A stretch of DNA of 20,000 bases from an uncultured virus (IMG/VR IMGVR_UViG_3300035190_000668) (IMGVR_UViG_3300035190_000668), one strand, 5' to 3'; positions 7,458 through 14,511 are shown, counted from the stretch's first letter. Numbers and translations: made by a program. Notes: a model not told the origin generated them from the sequence alone.

Positions 7458-8567
7458 TTAGTAGTAACATCCACCACATAATGACTGGCATGTAGAAGAA
7501 CAGTTCCATGGTGGTGCATAGCAGTTAGCTCCACAGTTAAAGCTTGTAAAGGATGGAGGGAAGAATGGGAAGAACGGTGGGAAGAATGGGAAGAACGGGA
7601 AGAATGGAGGCGGGAAGTATGGAGGGAAGAAAGGTGGGAAGAACGGTGGGAAGAATGGGAAGAACGGTGGGAAGAATGGGAAGAACGGTGGGAAGAATGG
7701 TGGGAAGAAAGGAGGGAAGAACGGGAAGAATGGAGGGAAGAACGGTGGGAAGAACGGTGGGAAGAATGGCGGGAAGAAAGGTGGGAAGAACGGGAAGAAC
7801 GGTGGGAAGAATGGGAAGAACGGTGGGAAGAATGGTGGGAAGAAAGGAGGGAAGAACGGGAAGAATGGAGGGAAGAATGGCGGGAAGAAAGGAGGAAAGA
7901 ATGGTGGGAAGAATGGAGGGAAGAACGGAAAGAATGGGAAGAACGGAGGAAAGAATGGACCAAAAGTAGAAACTACACCATTACTTGCTGCAGATGCAGG
8001 AGATGTTCCATTTGCATTTGTTGCGGTAACGGTATAAGTATAAGTTCCAGCAGTAACTTCTGTAATAGATATTGGTGTTGTTGTATTTGTTGCTGTTCTT
8101 CCAGAACTTGATGTAGCTGTAAAAACTGTTACTGTTTTATTACCTGTATTATTTGCTGTAAACGGAACAGACACTACACCAGAAGTTCCTCCAGATGCTG
8201 TTCCAATAGTTGGAGCCTGTGGTTTTGCAGTTGGTACAACCGCTCCTGATGCACTAGATGCTCCAGAAGTTCCCATTGCATTTGTTGCGGTAACAGTAAA
8301 AGTATATGATGATGCAGGAGCTGTATTTAGTCCTGAAACAACTATTGGCGATGAAGATCCTGATCCAGTAAGTCCTCCAGGAGAAGATGTAACTGTGTAG
8401 CTTGTTATTGGAAGTTTACCATCAAAGCTTGGGGCAGTAAAAGTTACAGATACCTGTCCAGCGTTATATGTAAGATTTGTTCCTACATCTGTACCAGTCC
8501 CAATTGTTGGTGGTAGCGGTGCTGACTTGCTTTGTGACTCAACAACACCAGGCTTTTTAGGACTCAT
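7458..8567 (-). CDS. Protein with two fibronectin type III-like domains, a 135-residue Pro/Phe tract and a Cys-rich tail
   Basis: Two P.PTIGT...V.V.FTA...YTFTVTATNA.GTS.AS.AS repeats; residues 204-338 are only P and F (one Y); the 31-aa tail has 6 Cys. Confidence 0.85.
   Translation of the reverse strand: MSPKKPGVVESQSKSAPLPPTIGTGTDVGTNLTYNAGQVSVTFTAPSFDGKLPITSYTVTSSPGGLTGSGSSSPIVVSGLNTAPASSYTFTVTATNAMGTSGASSASGAVVPTAKPQAPTIGTASGGTSGVVSVPFTANNTGNKTVTVFTATSSSGRTATNTTTPISITEVTAGTYTYTVTATNANGTSPASAASNGVVSTFGPFFPPFFPFFPFFPPFFPPFFPPFFPPFFPPFFPFFPPFFPPFFPPFFPFFPPFFPFFPPFFPPFFPPFFPPFFPPFFPFFPPFFPPFFPPFFPFFPPFFPFFPPFFPPFFPPYFPPPFFPFFPFFPPFFPFFPPSFTSFNCGANCYAPPWNCSSTCQSLCGGCYY
7554..7958 (-). repeat. 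Coding minisatellite of 9-nt (FFP) and 12-nt (FFPP) units
   Basis: 405 nt of ggg/aag/aa(t/c)-type units on the plus strand, including an exact 86-nt duplication (7657-7742 = 7792-7877). Confidence 0.95.
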
Positions 8568-8574
8568 GTCAGTA

Positions 8575-8583
8575 ATTGTACCA
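8575..8583 (-). promoter_or_regulatory. Extended -10 promoter, probably giving a leaderless mRNA
   Basis: TGGTACAAT followed by 7 nt and then ATG 8567; no SD sequence. Confidence 0.6.
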
Positions 8584-8608
8584 CATAAATAATACAGTTT
8601 TTCATATT

Positions 8609-9334
8609 TTACCTAACACTTACATATATAGAGTGAGCTACCATTGAGCATGGGTTATCCGTTAATATTTCTGGATATGCCCCAGAATCTTTCATTTTTT
8701 CGCTATCAATAAACAAGGTTTGTTCAAGGGATAGGTCATAGTCAAATTGATATTTTAGATTTCCCGCATACCCCACAACTGGATATGACCCTGGGCTAAA
8801 TGTCCTAAAAAGGACCTCTGTGTTATTGCTAAAGGTTGTTATTGTTATATCATAACGAACAGTTATAATTGATCCAACTTTGATATTTTTAAAATTAAGT
8901 TTTTGTGCTTTTGGGTTATATAGTGCAACATGGTTTTCTGGTAAGTAGTCTTCATTGTTTTTACCCTTGCAGTCTACACTAAATTTAACCCAACCATCAT
9001 TACCACAAGCAGCTCCAAGCTGAATACTGTTTTTATTTAAATTTGAATAATGTGCCCAACCATGTTTTTGTCCAGATAAAGATAGAACGCTTTCTCCAGG
9101 TATGCCATCTATGCCGTTCTTTCCGTCTTTTCCAGGCTTTCCAGGATCTCCTTTAGGTCCTTGCTTGCCTTCTGGCCCCTGCAGGCCCTGTAGACCGTTA
9201 TCTCCTTTTGGTCCACGTTCTCCTTGAGGTCCAGGTACAGCTATAAAAGAAACTGGCTGCTCAAGTTGATAGTTATTGTTTATTGTTTCAGAATATTTTT
9301 TTGGACTGCCTGGAAAATCCATGCTCTTTGCCAT
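8609..9334 (-). CDS. Collagen-like (Gly-X-Y) protein, probably a virion fibre or decoration protein
   Basis: 16 consecutive G-X-Y triplets (GPQGERGPK...GIPGES) followed by a beta-rich domain. Confidence 0.8.
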   Translation of the reverse strand: MAKSMDFPGSPKKYSETINNNYQLEQPVSFIAVPGPQGERGPKGDNGLQGLQGPEGKQGPKGDPGKPGKDGKNGIDGIPGESVLSLSGQKHGWAHYSNLNKNSIQLGAACGNDGWVKFSVDCKGKNNEDYLPENHVALYNPKAQKLNFKNIKVGSIITVRYDITITTFSNNTEVLFRTFSPGSYPVVGYAGNLKYQFDYDLSLEQTLFIDSEKMKDSGAYPEILTDNPCSMVAHSIYVSVR

Positions 9335-9340
9335 GGACTA

Positions 9341-9427
9341 CTATTTCTTTACCTTAAAAACCTTTTTTCCAATTTTAATAACTGGTGGTAGGTTTGGTTG
9401 AGATACTGTAACTTTGATCACAGGCAT
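9341..9427 (-). CDS. Small basic protein (28 aa)
   Basis: MPVIKVTVSQPNLPPVIKIGKKVFKVKK; TAATG overlap with the upstream stop, GGAGG upstream, and it fills the gap exactly. Confidence 0.65.
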   Translation of the reverse strand: MPVIKVTVSQPNLPPVIKIGKKVFKVKK

Positions 9428-9828
9428 TATAAACCTCCAGGAGTTATGTCACCTAAAACACAGATTGTTCCAAGTACTGGTGTCCAGACAGTTGGTTCTA
9501 TATCATCTTCTCCAGCAGGTATTGTGGCCTGTAGATCAAATGGAAGTTCAGAAACTATTGATGTATATTTTGTTCCCCAGTTTTTTGTAAGATCTGCTGA
9601 TGCAAAAATTGTTGCGGTATGACCAGAAATTGTAACTGTCAGCTCATCTAAAAAATCACCAGATATATCATAAGCGGTTGCTGCAAATTCCCAAGAATCA
9701 ATATCCCAACCAGTAACTTCATCATCTTCTAGAAATTGAACTGCTAGGCTTGATGAATCTCCACGAACAACGGTCCACTGGATGTGAGCTGGAGTTGCTC
9801 CTAATTTTTCTATTGCTGGTGTACACAT
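9427..9828 (-). CDS. Hypothetical protein, possibly a BppU N-terminal-like tail/baseplate domain
   Basis: VVRGDS....QF...D pattern in an acidic, beta-rich 133-aa ORF; leaderless promoter TGGTATAAT at 9836-9844. Confidence 0.5.
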   Translation of the reverse strand: MCTPAIEKLGATPAHIQWTVVRGDSSSLAVQFLEDDEVTGWDIDSWEFAATAYDISGDFLDELTVTISGHTATIFASADLTKNWGTKYTSIVSELPFDLQATIPAGEDDIEPTVWTPVLGTICVLGDITPGGL

Positions 9829-9845
9829 GTAACTGATTATACCAT

Positions 9846-9899
9846 TAAATAAAGCTAGTACTCAGACGCAGTGGGGTGGGTTAGAATCTGAGTACTAGC
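9846..9899 (-). terminator. 13-bp perfect hairpin with T-rich tail (terminator or small RNA)
   Basis: GCTAGTACTCAGA (9854-9866) / TCTGAGTACTAGC (9887-9899), 20-nt loop, followed by TTTATTTA on the minus strand. Confidence 0.6.
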
Positions 9900-10126
9900 A
9901 GACTTAAAGTATAACATTATTTATTTAAACATATACAAATTGGACATTTCAGACATTAAATTATAAAAAGCCAGGGTATATAAAAATTGTTATATGATTG
10001 TTACAATTACAAAAGAACCAAATGTCCGTTTTATTACAATTGCCAGAATAGCGATGGTGTATACTTAAAATATATAAAGAAAAGAATATACTGTAAATAG
10101 GTTTTTAAAAGACATATTATATATAG

Positions 10127-10783
10127 CTAAAAAAGCCAATTATTGTTTTTTGCTAAATCACAGTACTTGATCTCTTGATCGTCTATTTTAACAATAAAAT
10201 CTGAAGTATAAACATACTTGTTTCCTTCGTGTTCTCCATGCAAAGGTGACAATAAATTAAAGTCTATATCGTCGTAATGTTTTTTTATTATGTCACTTAT
10301 TATATTAAAATGAATATATATTTCGCTATCTTTATACTTTGACACATTTTGTATATTTACTATTAGTTCATCAAGTATTTCTTTTGTAATTTTTGAATCT
10401 TTAATAGATGACATTGAGCCAATTATACAGCTACCGTCAGGCTGTTTTGGCATAACCACAAAGTTTTGTTTTTTTATATAGTTGTCAAAAACATGATCAA
10501 GAGGTATTTGGCAAAGAGAGTCCATATCTGTATAGAAACCACCCTTTAAATACAGAATGCACAATCTCCAAACATCTGCCTGAGTTACTGGAATTAATTT
10601 TTTATAGTAAGGGTATAGGTCCTGACTGTATTCTTTTATGTGCATCTCTCTTTCTTCGGAGCTACAGTACCTATACTCCCAACCTGGGTTTAAATTTTTC
10701 CATGTTAGTGATGCCATCTTGTAGTTATAGGACAAATTTTCGTATTTATTTTCATATGTTTGCCAAATTATTTTAGGTATCAT
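10127..10783 (-). CDS. Glycosyltransferase, GT32/OCH1-like (DxD sugar-binding domain)
   Basis: IPKIIWQT...W..LNPGWEY...ADVWRLCILYLKGGFYTDMD. Confidence 0.85.
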   Translation of the reverse strand: MIPKIIWQTYENKYENLSYNYKMASLTWKNLNPGWEYRYCSSEEREMHIKEYSQDLYPYYKKLIPVTQADVWRLCILYLKGGFYTDMDSLCQIPLDHVFDNYIKKQNFVVMPKQPDGSCIIGSMSSIKDSKITKEILDELIVNIQNVSKYKDSEIYIHFNIISDIIKKHYDDIDFNLLSPLHGEHEGNKYVYTSDFIVKIDDQEIKYCDLAKNNNWLF

Positions 10784-10819
10784 GATTAATATTCTACCGA
10801 AGTATATTAAATATGACAG

Positions 10820-11107
10820 CTACTTAGAATTTTTAGATATATATTCTATAAGAATATCGTACATGTGATCTAGCTTATCGTTATATGCTAGTCTTGTTTT
10901 AGCAGATCTTTCTTGTTCAAGCTTGATATACTTAATTTCATCACGCATAGAAGATCCGCCATTGGTCTTAGTTTCTGAACGAATATCGTCTACTGCTTCT
11001 TGAATTGGTTTGACTTGAACCTTTATATACCAGCGAATACCACTAAGCACAATGCCGCTAATTGACAATAATGTAAGTATGAAACCTGCCCAGTCTTGTG
11101 CTGACAT
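10820..11107 (-). CDS. Small membrane protein
   Basis: N-terminal hydrophobic helix (WAGFILTLLSISGIVLSGIRWY), then an NGGSSMRD motif of a type recalled from actinophage membrane proteins. Confidence 0.65.
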   Translation of the reverse strand: MSAQDWAGFILTLLSISGIVLSGIRWYIKVQVKPIQEAVDDIRSETKTNGGSSMRDEIKYIKLEQERSAKTRLAYNDKLDHMYDILIEYISKNSK

Positions 11108-11135
11108 AATAAGATTATTATATCATTATTTAAGA

Positions 11136-11594
11136 TTAAACTGGCTGTGCTATGTATGTTCCAGATACATGAAAGTTATCTTCTACCGCTAAAGCAAATG
11201 GTGTATTGTGCGTAAATGCAGTATCTCTACCTTGGCTATCCGTAAAGTTTAATCGTAGCTGATTGCTTGCAGCAAAAACATGTCCACCGACTGAATATTT
11301 TCTAGAGGTAGAAAAATCATCAACATTTCCTTCTCTCATTTGATAATCATATCTTGCTGGGAATGGAAGATTGACATAATACTGACCATCTCCAAATGAA
11401 GTTATGTTATCAAAATCTACCTGTATTTGAAAATGTACTAGGTCGCCAATTCTAGAGTAAGAGCCTGTAAAGAGTGGAGCACCATTAAATGTAGGTTGAG
11501 TTCCAGATACAACTCCACCAGCAACTACAAAGTCATTTACAGTTCCAGGAATGTTTCCATATGCATCAGTTCCTGGGTGTGTAAACCGTGCCAT
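11136..11594 (-). CDS. Tail-fibre C-terminal-like beta domain protein
   Basis: GSYSRIGDLVHFQIQV...GQYYVNLPF...VSGTY pattern is typical of phage fibre tip domains; TAATG coupling. Confidence 0.55.
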   Translation of the reverse strand: MARFTHPGTDAYGNIPGTVNDFVVAGGVVSGTQPTFNGAPLFTGSYSRIGDLVHFQIQVDFDNITSFGDGQYYVNLPFPARYDYQMREGNVDDFSTSRKYSVGGHVFAASNQLRLNFTDSQGRDTAFTHNTPFALAVEDNFHVSGTYIAQPV

Positions 11595-11875
11595 TACGAT
11601 CCAATCTCAATACCAGTTTGTAGTACTGCAACCTTCATGCTGTTTATTGATGCAATAGCATATAAAGAATCTTTTCCTGGTAGCTCAAAAGAGATAGCAT
11701 GATTTGGCATAATTCTAAATCCATAATTTGTGGATGAAACCGAAGAAGATCCTATATAAATATATCCACTTGTATTTACGTTTTGAAGAGTAATATCAAT
11801 TCCTGAGTGAGTTCCAGCTGGAGTGATCTTTGTAGCAGTTGAGCTGCTTAGTGTGGTTAGCGCATGCTTTGTCAT
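11594..11875 (-). CDS. Hypothetical small beta-rich protein, possibly virion-associated
   Basis: 93-aa ORF with a QN....IYIG...V....G pattern; leaderless promoter TGATATAAT at 11882-11890. Confidence 0.65.
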   Translation of the reverse strand: MTKHALTTLSSSTATKITPAGTHSGIDITLQNVNTSGYIYIGSSSVSSTNYGFRIMPNHAISFELPGKDSLYAIASINSMKVAVLQTGIEIGS

Positions 11876-11983
11876 GTTAGCATTATATCATTATTAACTA
11901 AACTATCTTTTAAGTTCGGGCGGGGCACTTAAATCGTCGCCGAAAATAGAGGTTATACAAACCATCACACAGACACACATGGA

Positions 11984-12013
11984 TTGACACAATCCTAACA
12001 TGTCTGATACACT
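11984..12013 (+). promoter_or_regulatory. Sigma70/SigA-type promoter
   Basis: TTGACA-18 nt-TACACT with TG extension, 9 nt before ATG 12023. Confidence 0.65.
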
Positions 12014-12022
12014 GGGTTTACT

Positions 12023-12628
12023 ATGCATGATGAATTAAAAAATACTTTAATAGGTGGTTTGCTAGGAAAGCTGGCAATCCATCATTCGGTATATCGTTTA
12101 CCGTGTACAAGTGAATATCTAGAAGAACTTGTATCTGATGTGCTAAACGAAAACGGTATGCCAAATGACTGGAAGCCTGATAGAAGTCATAGCGTCAGTA
12201 TAGACATGACTTTAGAGTCAGGTGAGAGTATATCCGTCAAGTCAGGAAGATATGATCCAGATAAGGCTACATTGGTTATATCTGGGTCTAGGCTAGGCAA
12301 ACACGAGACATTGGAGAAGATGGTAGAGTCTGTTGCTTCTACACATGCTGATTACTATGTGTGTTTAGCCAAAGCAGACCAGGATTGGTCTCATATCCCG
12401 TCAAAAAATGAGATCAAGACATATCACCTATTTGTATTTGAAGCATCCAAATTAGATTATGGTTTTGAACATTGGTCAAGAAAAGAATCTAAGCATGGAA
12501 AAGGTTATAAATATGTAATGGATATACCAGGTATGTCAGCTACTATACGTCCTACTATGTCTCATCAGTTGTGGACTACTGTATCTTGTGATATCATTGG
12601 TATACCGACAAAATTGGAGATACTGTGA
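12023..12628 (+). CDS. Putative PD-(D/E)xK-fold nuclease-like protein
   Basis: E..EE helix, then SID......ISVKSG (D...SxK variant) and ADYY. The ORF is solid; the function is tentative. Confidence 0.45.
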   Translation: MHDELKNTLIGGLLGKLAIHHSVYRLPCTSEYLEELVSDVLNENGMPNDWKPDRSHSVSIDMTLESGESISVKSGRYDPDKATLVISGSRLGKHETLEKMVESVASTHADYYVCLAKADQDWSHIPSKNEIKTYHLFVFEASKLDYGFEHWSRKESKHGKGYKYVMDIPGMSATIRPTMSHQLWTTVSCDIIGIPTKLEIL

Positions 12629-12822
12629 GCGACGATGTTCGTCCTTGGGATCTAATTAATGGATCACCTAGGAGCCCTGAAGAGCTTTCAGAATACCGTT
12701 TAGAAATATGTAGAAGCTGTGAATTCTTTCGTAAAAGAACTCAAACTTGTAGACAGTGTGGGTGCTTTATGAAACTTAAAACGACACTAGAACACGCTAG
12801 CTGTCCAGAAAAGAAATGGTGA
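12625..12822 (+). CDS. Small Cys-rich protein, DUF6171-like (paralog of 6732-6974)
   Basis: RPWDL...RLEICRSCEFF...CRQCGCFMKLKTTL..ASCPEKKW; GTGA overlap with the upstream gene. Confidence 0.7.
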   Translation: MSDDVRPWDLINGSPRSPEELSEYRLEICRSCEFFRKRTQTCRQCGCFMKLKTTLEHASCPEKKW

Positions 12823-12826
12823 TAAA

Positions 12827-13024
12827 ATGAGTGAAGAACAAAAGAAGACAGAAACCGTTGCTATTATGCTTGATAGCTTAAACGAAGACAATAGAAATAT
12901 TTGTTTACAAAATGGAATGAACCCAGAAGATGTTGAGCGTAACATTGAGCAAAGCCAAGCATCTTTAAACTTTATGCTTTCAAATGTATACGATAAGCTA
13001 AAGGAGGCGAACATAATTGCCTAA
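12827..13024 (+). CDS. Hypothetical protein
   Basis: 65-aa ORF packed within the operon. Confidence 0.65.
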   Translation: MSEEQKKTETVAIMLDSLNEDNRNICLQNGMNPEDVERNIEQSQASLNFMLSNVYDKLKEANIIA

Positions 13025-13220
13025 ATACTACTATAAGCCAATTCTGAGTATAGTATCAGAAAGTTATTTGGAAAATGCTAAAAAAGAATACGCCCCTCCA
13101 GTAGACATTGAAACAAGTGTAAAGCTTGTTGTTGAGGCAGAGACTGAAGAAGCATCTTACGAAACACTTTACGGCTTTGTTGATATCCGAATGTGGGAGA
13201 TAGACAAAGTTGAAGATTAA
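13017..13220 (+). CDS. Hypothetical protein
   Basis: TTG start preceded by AGGAGG; overlaps both neighbours. Confidence 0.65.
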   Translation: MPKYYYKPILSIVSESYLENAKKEYAPPVDIETSVKLVVEAETEEASYETLYGFVDIRMWEIDKVED

Positions 13221-13800
13221 TAGAATTTCTCCAGACCTTTACGAGATTGAGGATTTTGTAACTGTTGAACAACAGGTAGAGGTTCTGGAGTTTTTCAAGT
13301 CTTTAGACGAACAAGCCTGGTGGACAACACCAGAAGGACATGAGCAGCACGGGTTTTTCTATGGAAAACAATATCATGATAAGCGCCCAGATGTTTTTAA
13401 TCAAATAACTTCAAATGTTAGAAACCTTTTTAGCACATCTTTGTACATAGGAGATATAGGTTTACAAAGATATAAAATTGATGAAGCTATGCAAGAGCAC
13501 AGAGACTACTGGTTATATGATGAAGATTATCATATTAGGTATGGAATTGCTATTTACTATAACGATGACTACGAAGGTGGCGAAATCAGCTACCCCGAAC
13601 TAAATATTGTTCACAAGCCAAAAGCAAGATCTTTATTGATGCATGGTGGAAATATACTTCATGGAACCTTGCCTGTTACAAGCGATGATACAAGGTTTTT
13701 CTCAACAGCTTTTGTTAGAGGATCAGTTGAAAGTCCAGTTACCTTAGATCCAGAGTTGTTTGCTGAAGTTGAACTACATGACGGATCTAGTTATACATAG
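13210..13800 (+). CDS. 2OG-Fe(II) oxygenase, prolyl-4-hydroxylase-like
   Basis: HRD...YYNDDYEGGEISYP...HGTLPVTS..TRF. Confidence 0.88.
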   Translation: MKINRISPDLYEIEDFVTVEQQVEVLEFFKSLDEQAWWTTPEGHEQHGFFYGKQYHDKRPDVFNQITSNVRNLFSTSLYIGDIGLQRYKIDEAMQEHRDYWLYDEDYHIRYGIAIYYNDDYEGGEISYPELNIVHKPKARSLLMHGGNILHGTLPVTSDDTRFFSTAFVRGSVESPVTLDPELFAEVELHDGSSYT

Positions 13801-13948
13801 ATGTGTCTCTGCCCATGTTGTCTCTTTCTACCATGGGTTTTGATTCACATTCTTTACATACCGTTTCTGAAAAAATTTTTGTAGCAAGGTTTTCTGGTTC
13901 CTTGTCTAAGAAGTCCAAATAGGATTCAAGGTTGTTTAGTATTGACAT
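13787..13948 (-). CDS. Hypothetical protein (53 aa)
   Basis: ATG 13948 (MSILNNLES) follows AGGGG and is preferred over the track start at 14020. Confidence 0.5.
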   Translation of the reverse strand: MSILNNLESYLDFLDKEPENLATKIFSETVCKECESKPMVERDNMGRDTSMYN

Positions 13949-13970
13949 AAAATTACCCCTTTTGTTTGTA

Positions 13971-14054
13971 TTAGTCTTGAGGCTTTGATTGATGAGGATC
14001 TTCGCATGTGCACTCTGCACAGCAGTTAGGTCCTTTAATTGTATCTTCGGTCAT
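13971..14054 (-). CDS. Cys-rich micro-protein (27 aa)
   Basis: MTEDTIKGPNCCAECTCEDPHQSKPQD; the ATG is 6 nt after TGATATAAT (14061-14069). Confidence 0.55.
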   Translation of the reverse strand: MTEDTIKGPNCCAECTCEDPHQSKPQD

Positions 14055-14159
14055 GATTTTATTATATCATAATCCGCCCTGATCTGAAAATATTTTCATT
14101 TTCCTAAAATCTGAATATTTTGTAGCTTTGTATGATACACGTATAAGGAGAAAAATAAC

Positions 14160-14193
14160 AAAAAAAATAGTGAGCACACTGTTGTATGCCCAC
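14160..14193 (-). terminator. Intrinsic terminator
   Basis: Minus strand GTGGGCATA-caacag-TGTGCTCAC (9 bp including two G-U pairs), then TATTTTTTTT, just after the stop at 14202. Confidence 0.6.
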
Positions 14194-14201
14194 CATCTTA
14201 A

Positions 14202-14306
14202 TTATTTACACTTACAGGGGTCTATGCGTGTTGTATTGCCATCAAATAGAATGATGCCTGTGTCTCCGCATGATTCGCATGTGTGTGCGTAGAGTGCTGA
14301 TGTCAT
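14202..14306 (-). CDS. Small zinc-ribbon-like protein (34 aa)
   Basis: MTSALYAHTCESCGDTGIILFDGNTTRIDPCKCK: CxxCxxxG...CxC; abuts the upstream stop. Confidence 0.6.
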   Translation of the reverse strand: MTSALYAHTCESCGDTGIILFDGNTTRIDPCKCK

Positions 14307-14474
14307 TTACTTACCTGCCTCAATCTTTTGAATGTTAGCGGTGAACTTCTTGACCTTGCCTAATTCGCTATCATTGAGTGATGCGATGAGGTGGTCAATA
14401 GCCTTGACCTCATGTGCGATGTTGTCAATGCTTAGTAGTTTAGAGCCTTGCCAAATTGAGTATGTGATTGTCAT
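14307..14474 (-). CDS. Hypothetical protein (55 aa)
   Basis: MTITYSIWQGSKLLSIDN...; downstream of the TTGACT-17-TAGTAT promoter at 14512-14540. Confidence 0.65.
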   Translation of the reverse strand: MTITYSIWQGSKLLSIDNIAHEVKAIDHLIASLNDSELGKVKKFTANIQKIEAGK

Positions 14475-14511
14475 TTACTGTTCTTCTTTCGTTAGTTTGT
14501 TTATAGTGATA

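Noticed and set aside
7554..7958. Repeat considered as a CRISPR array, telomere-like repeat or G-quadruplex element
   Set aside because: There are no unique spacers, and variation falls at synonymous codon positions of an in-frame gene. The GGG runs follow from Pro/Phe codons.
7439..7963. Ser/His-rich 174-aa ORF in another minus-strand frame
   Set aside because: Shadow of the Pro/Phe repeat. The pyrimidine-rich units cannot easily form stop codons, there is no RBS, and repeat units are multiples of 3, so slippage would not shift into this frame.
7553..7969. Gly/Arg/Met-rich 138-aa ORF on the plus strand
   Set aside because: Antisense shadow exactly coextensive with the repeat, inside an otherwise minus-strand operon.
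14080..14125. ATCTGAA(AA)TATTTT short repeats as a possible genome terminus or packaging site
   Set aside because: Only two AT-rich imperfect copies; this cannot be supported without read-end data.
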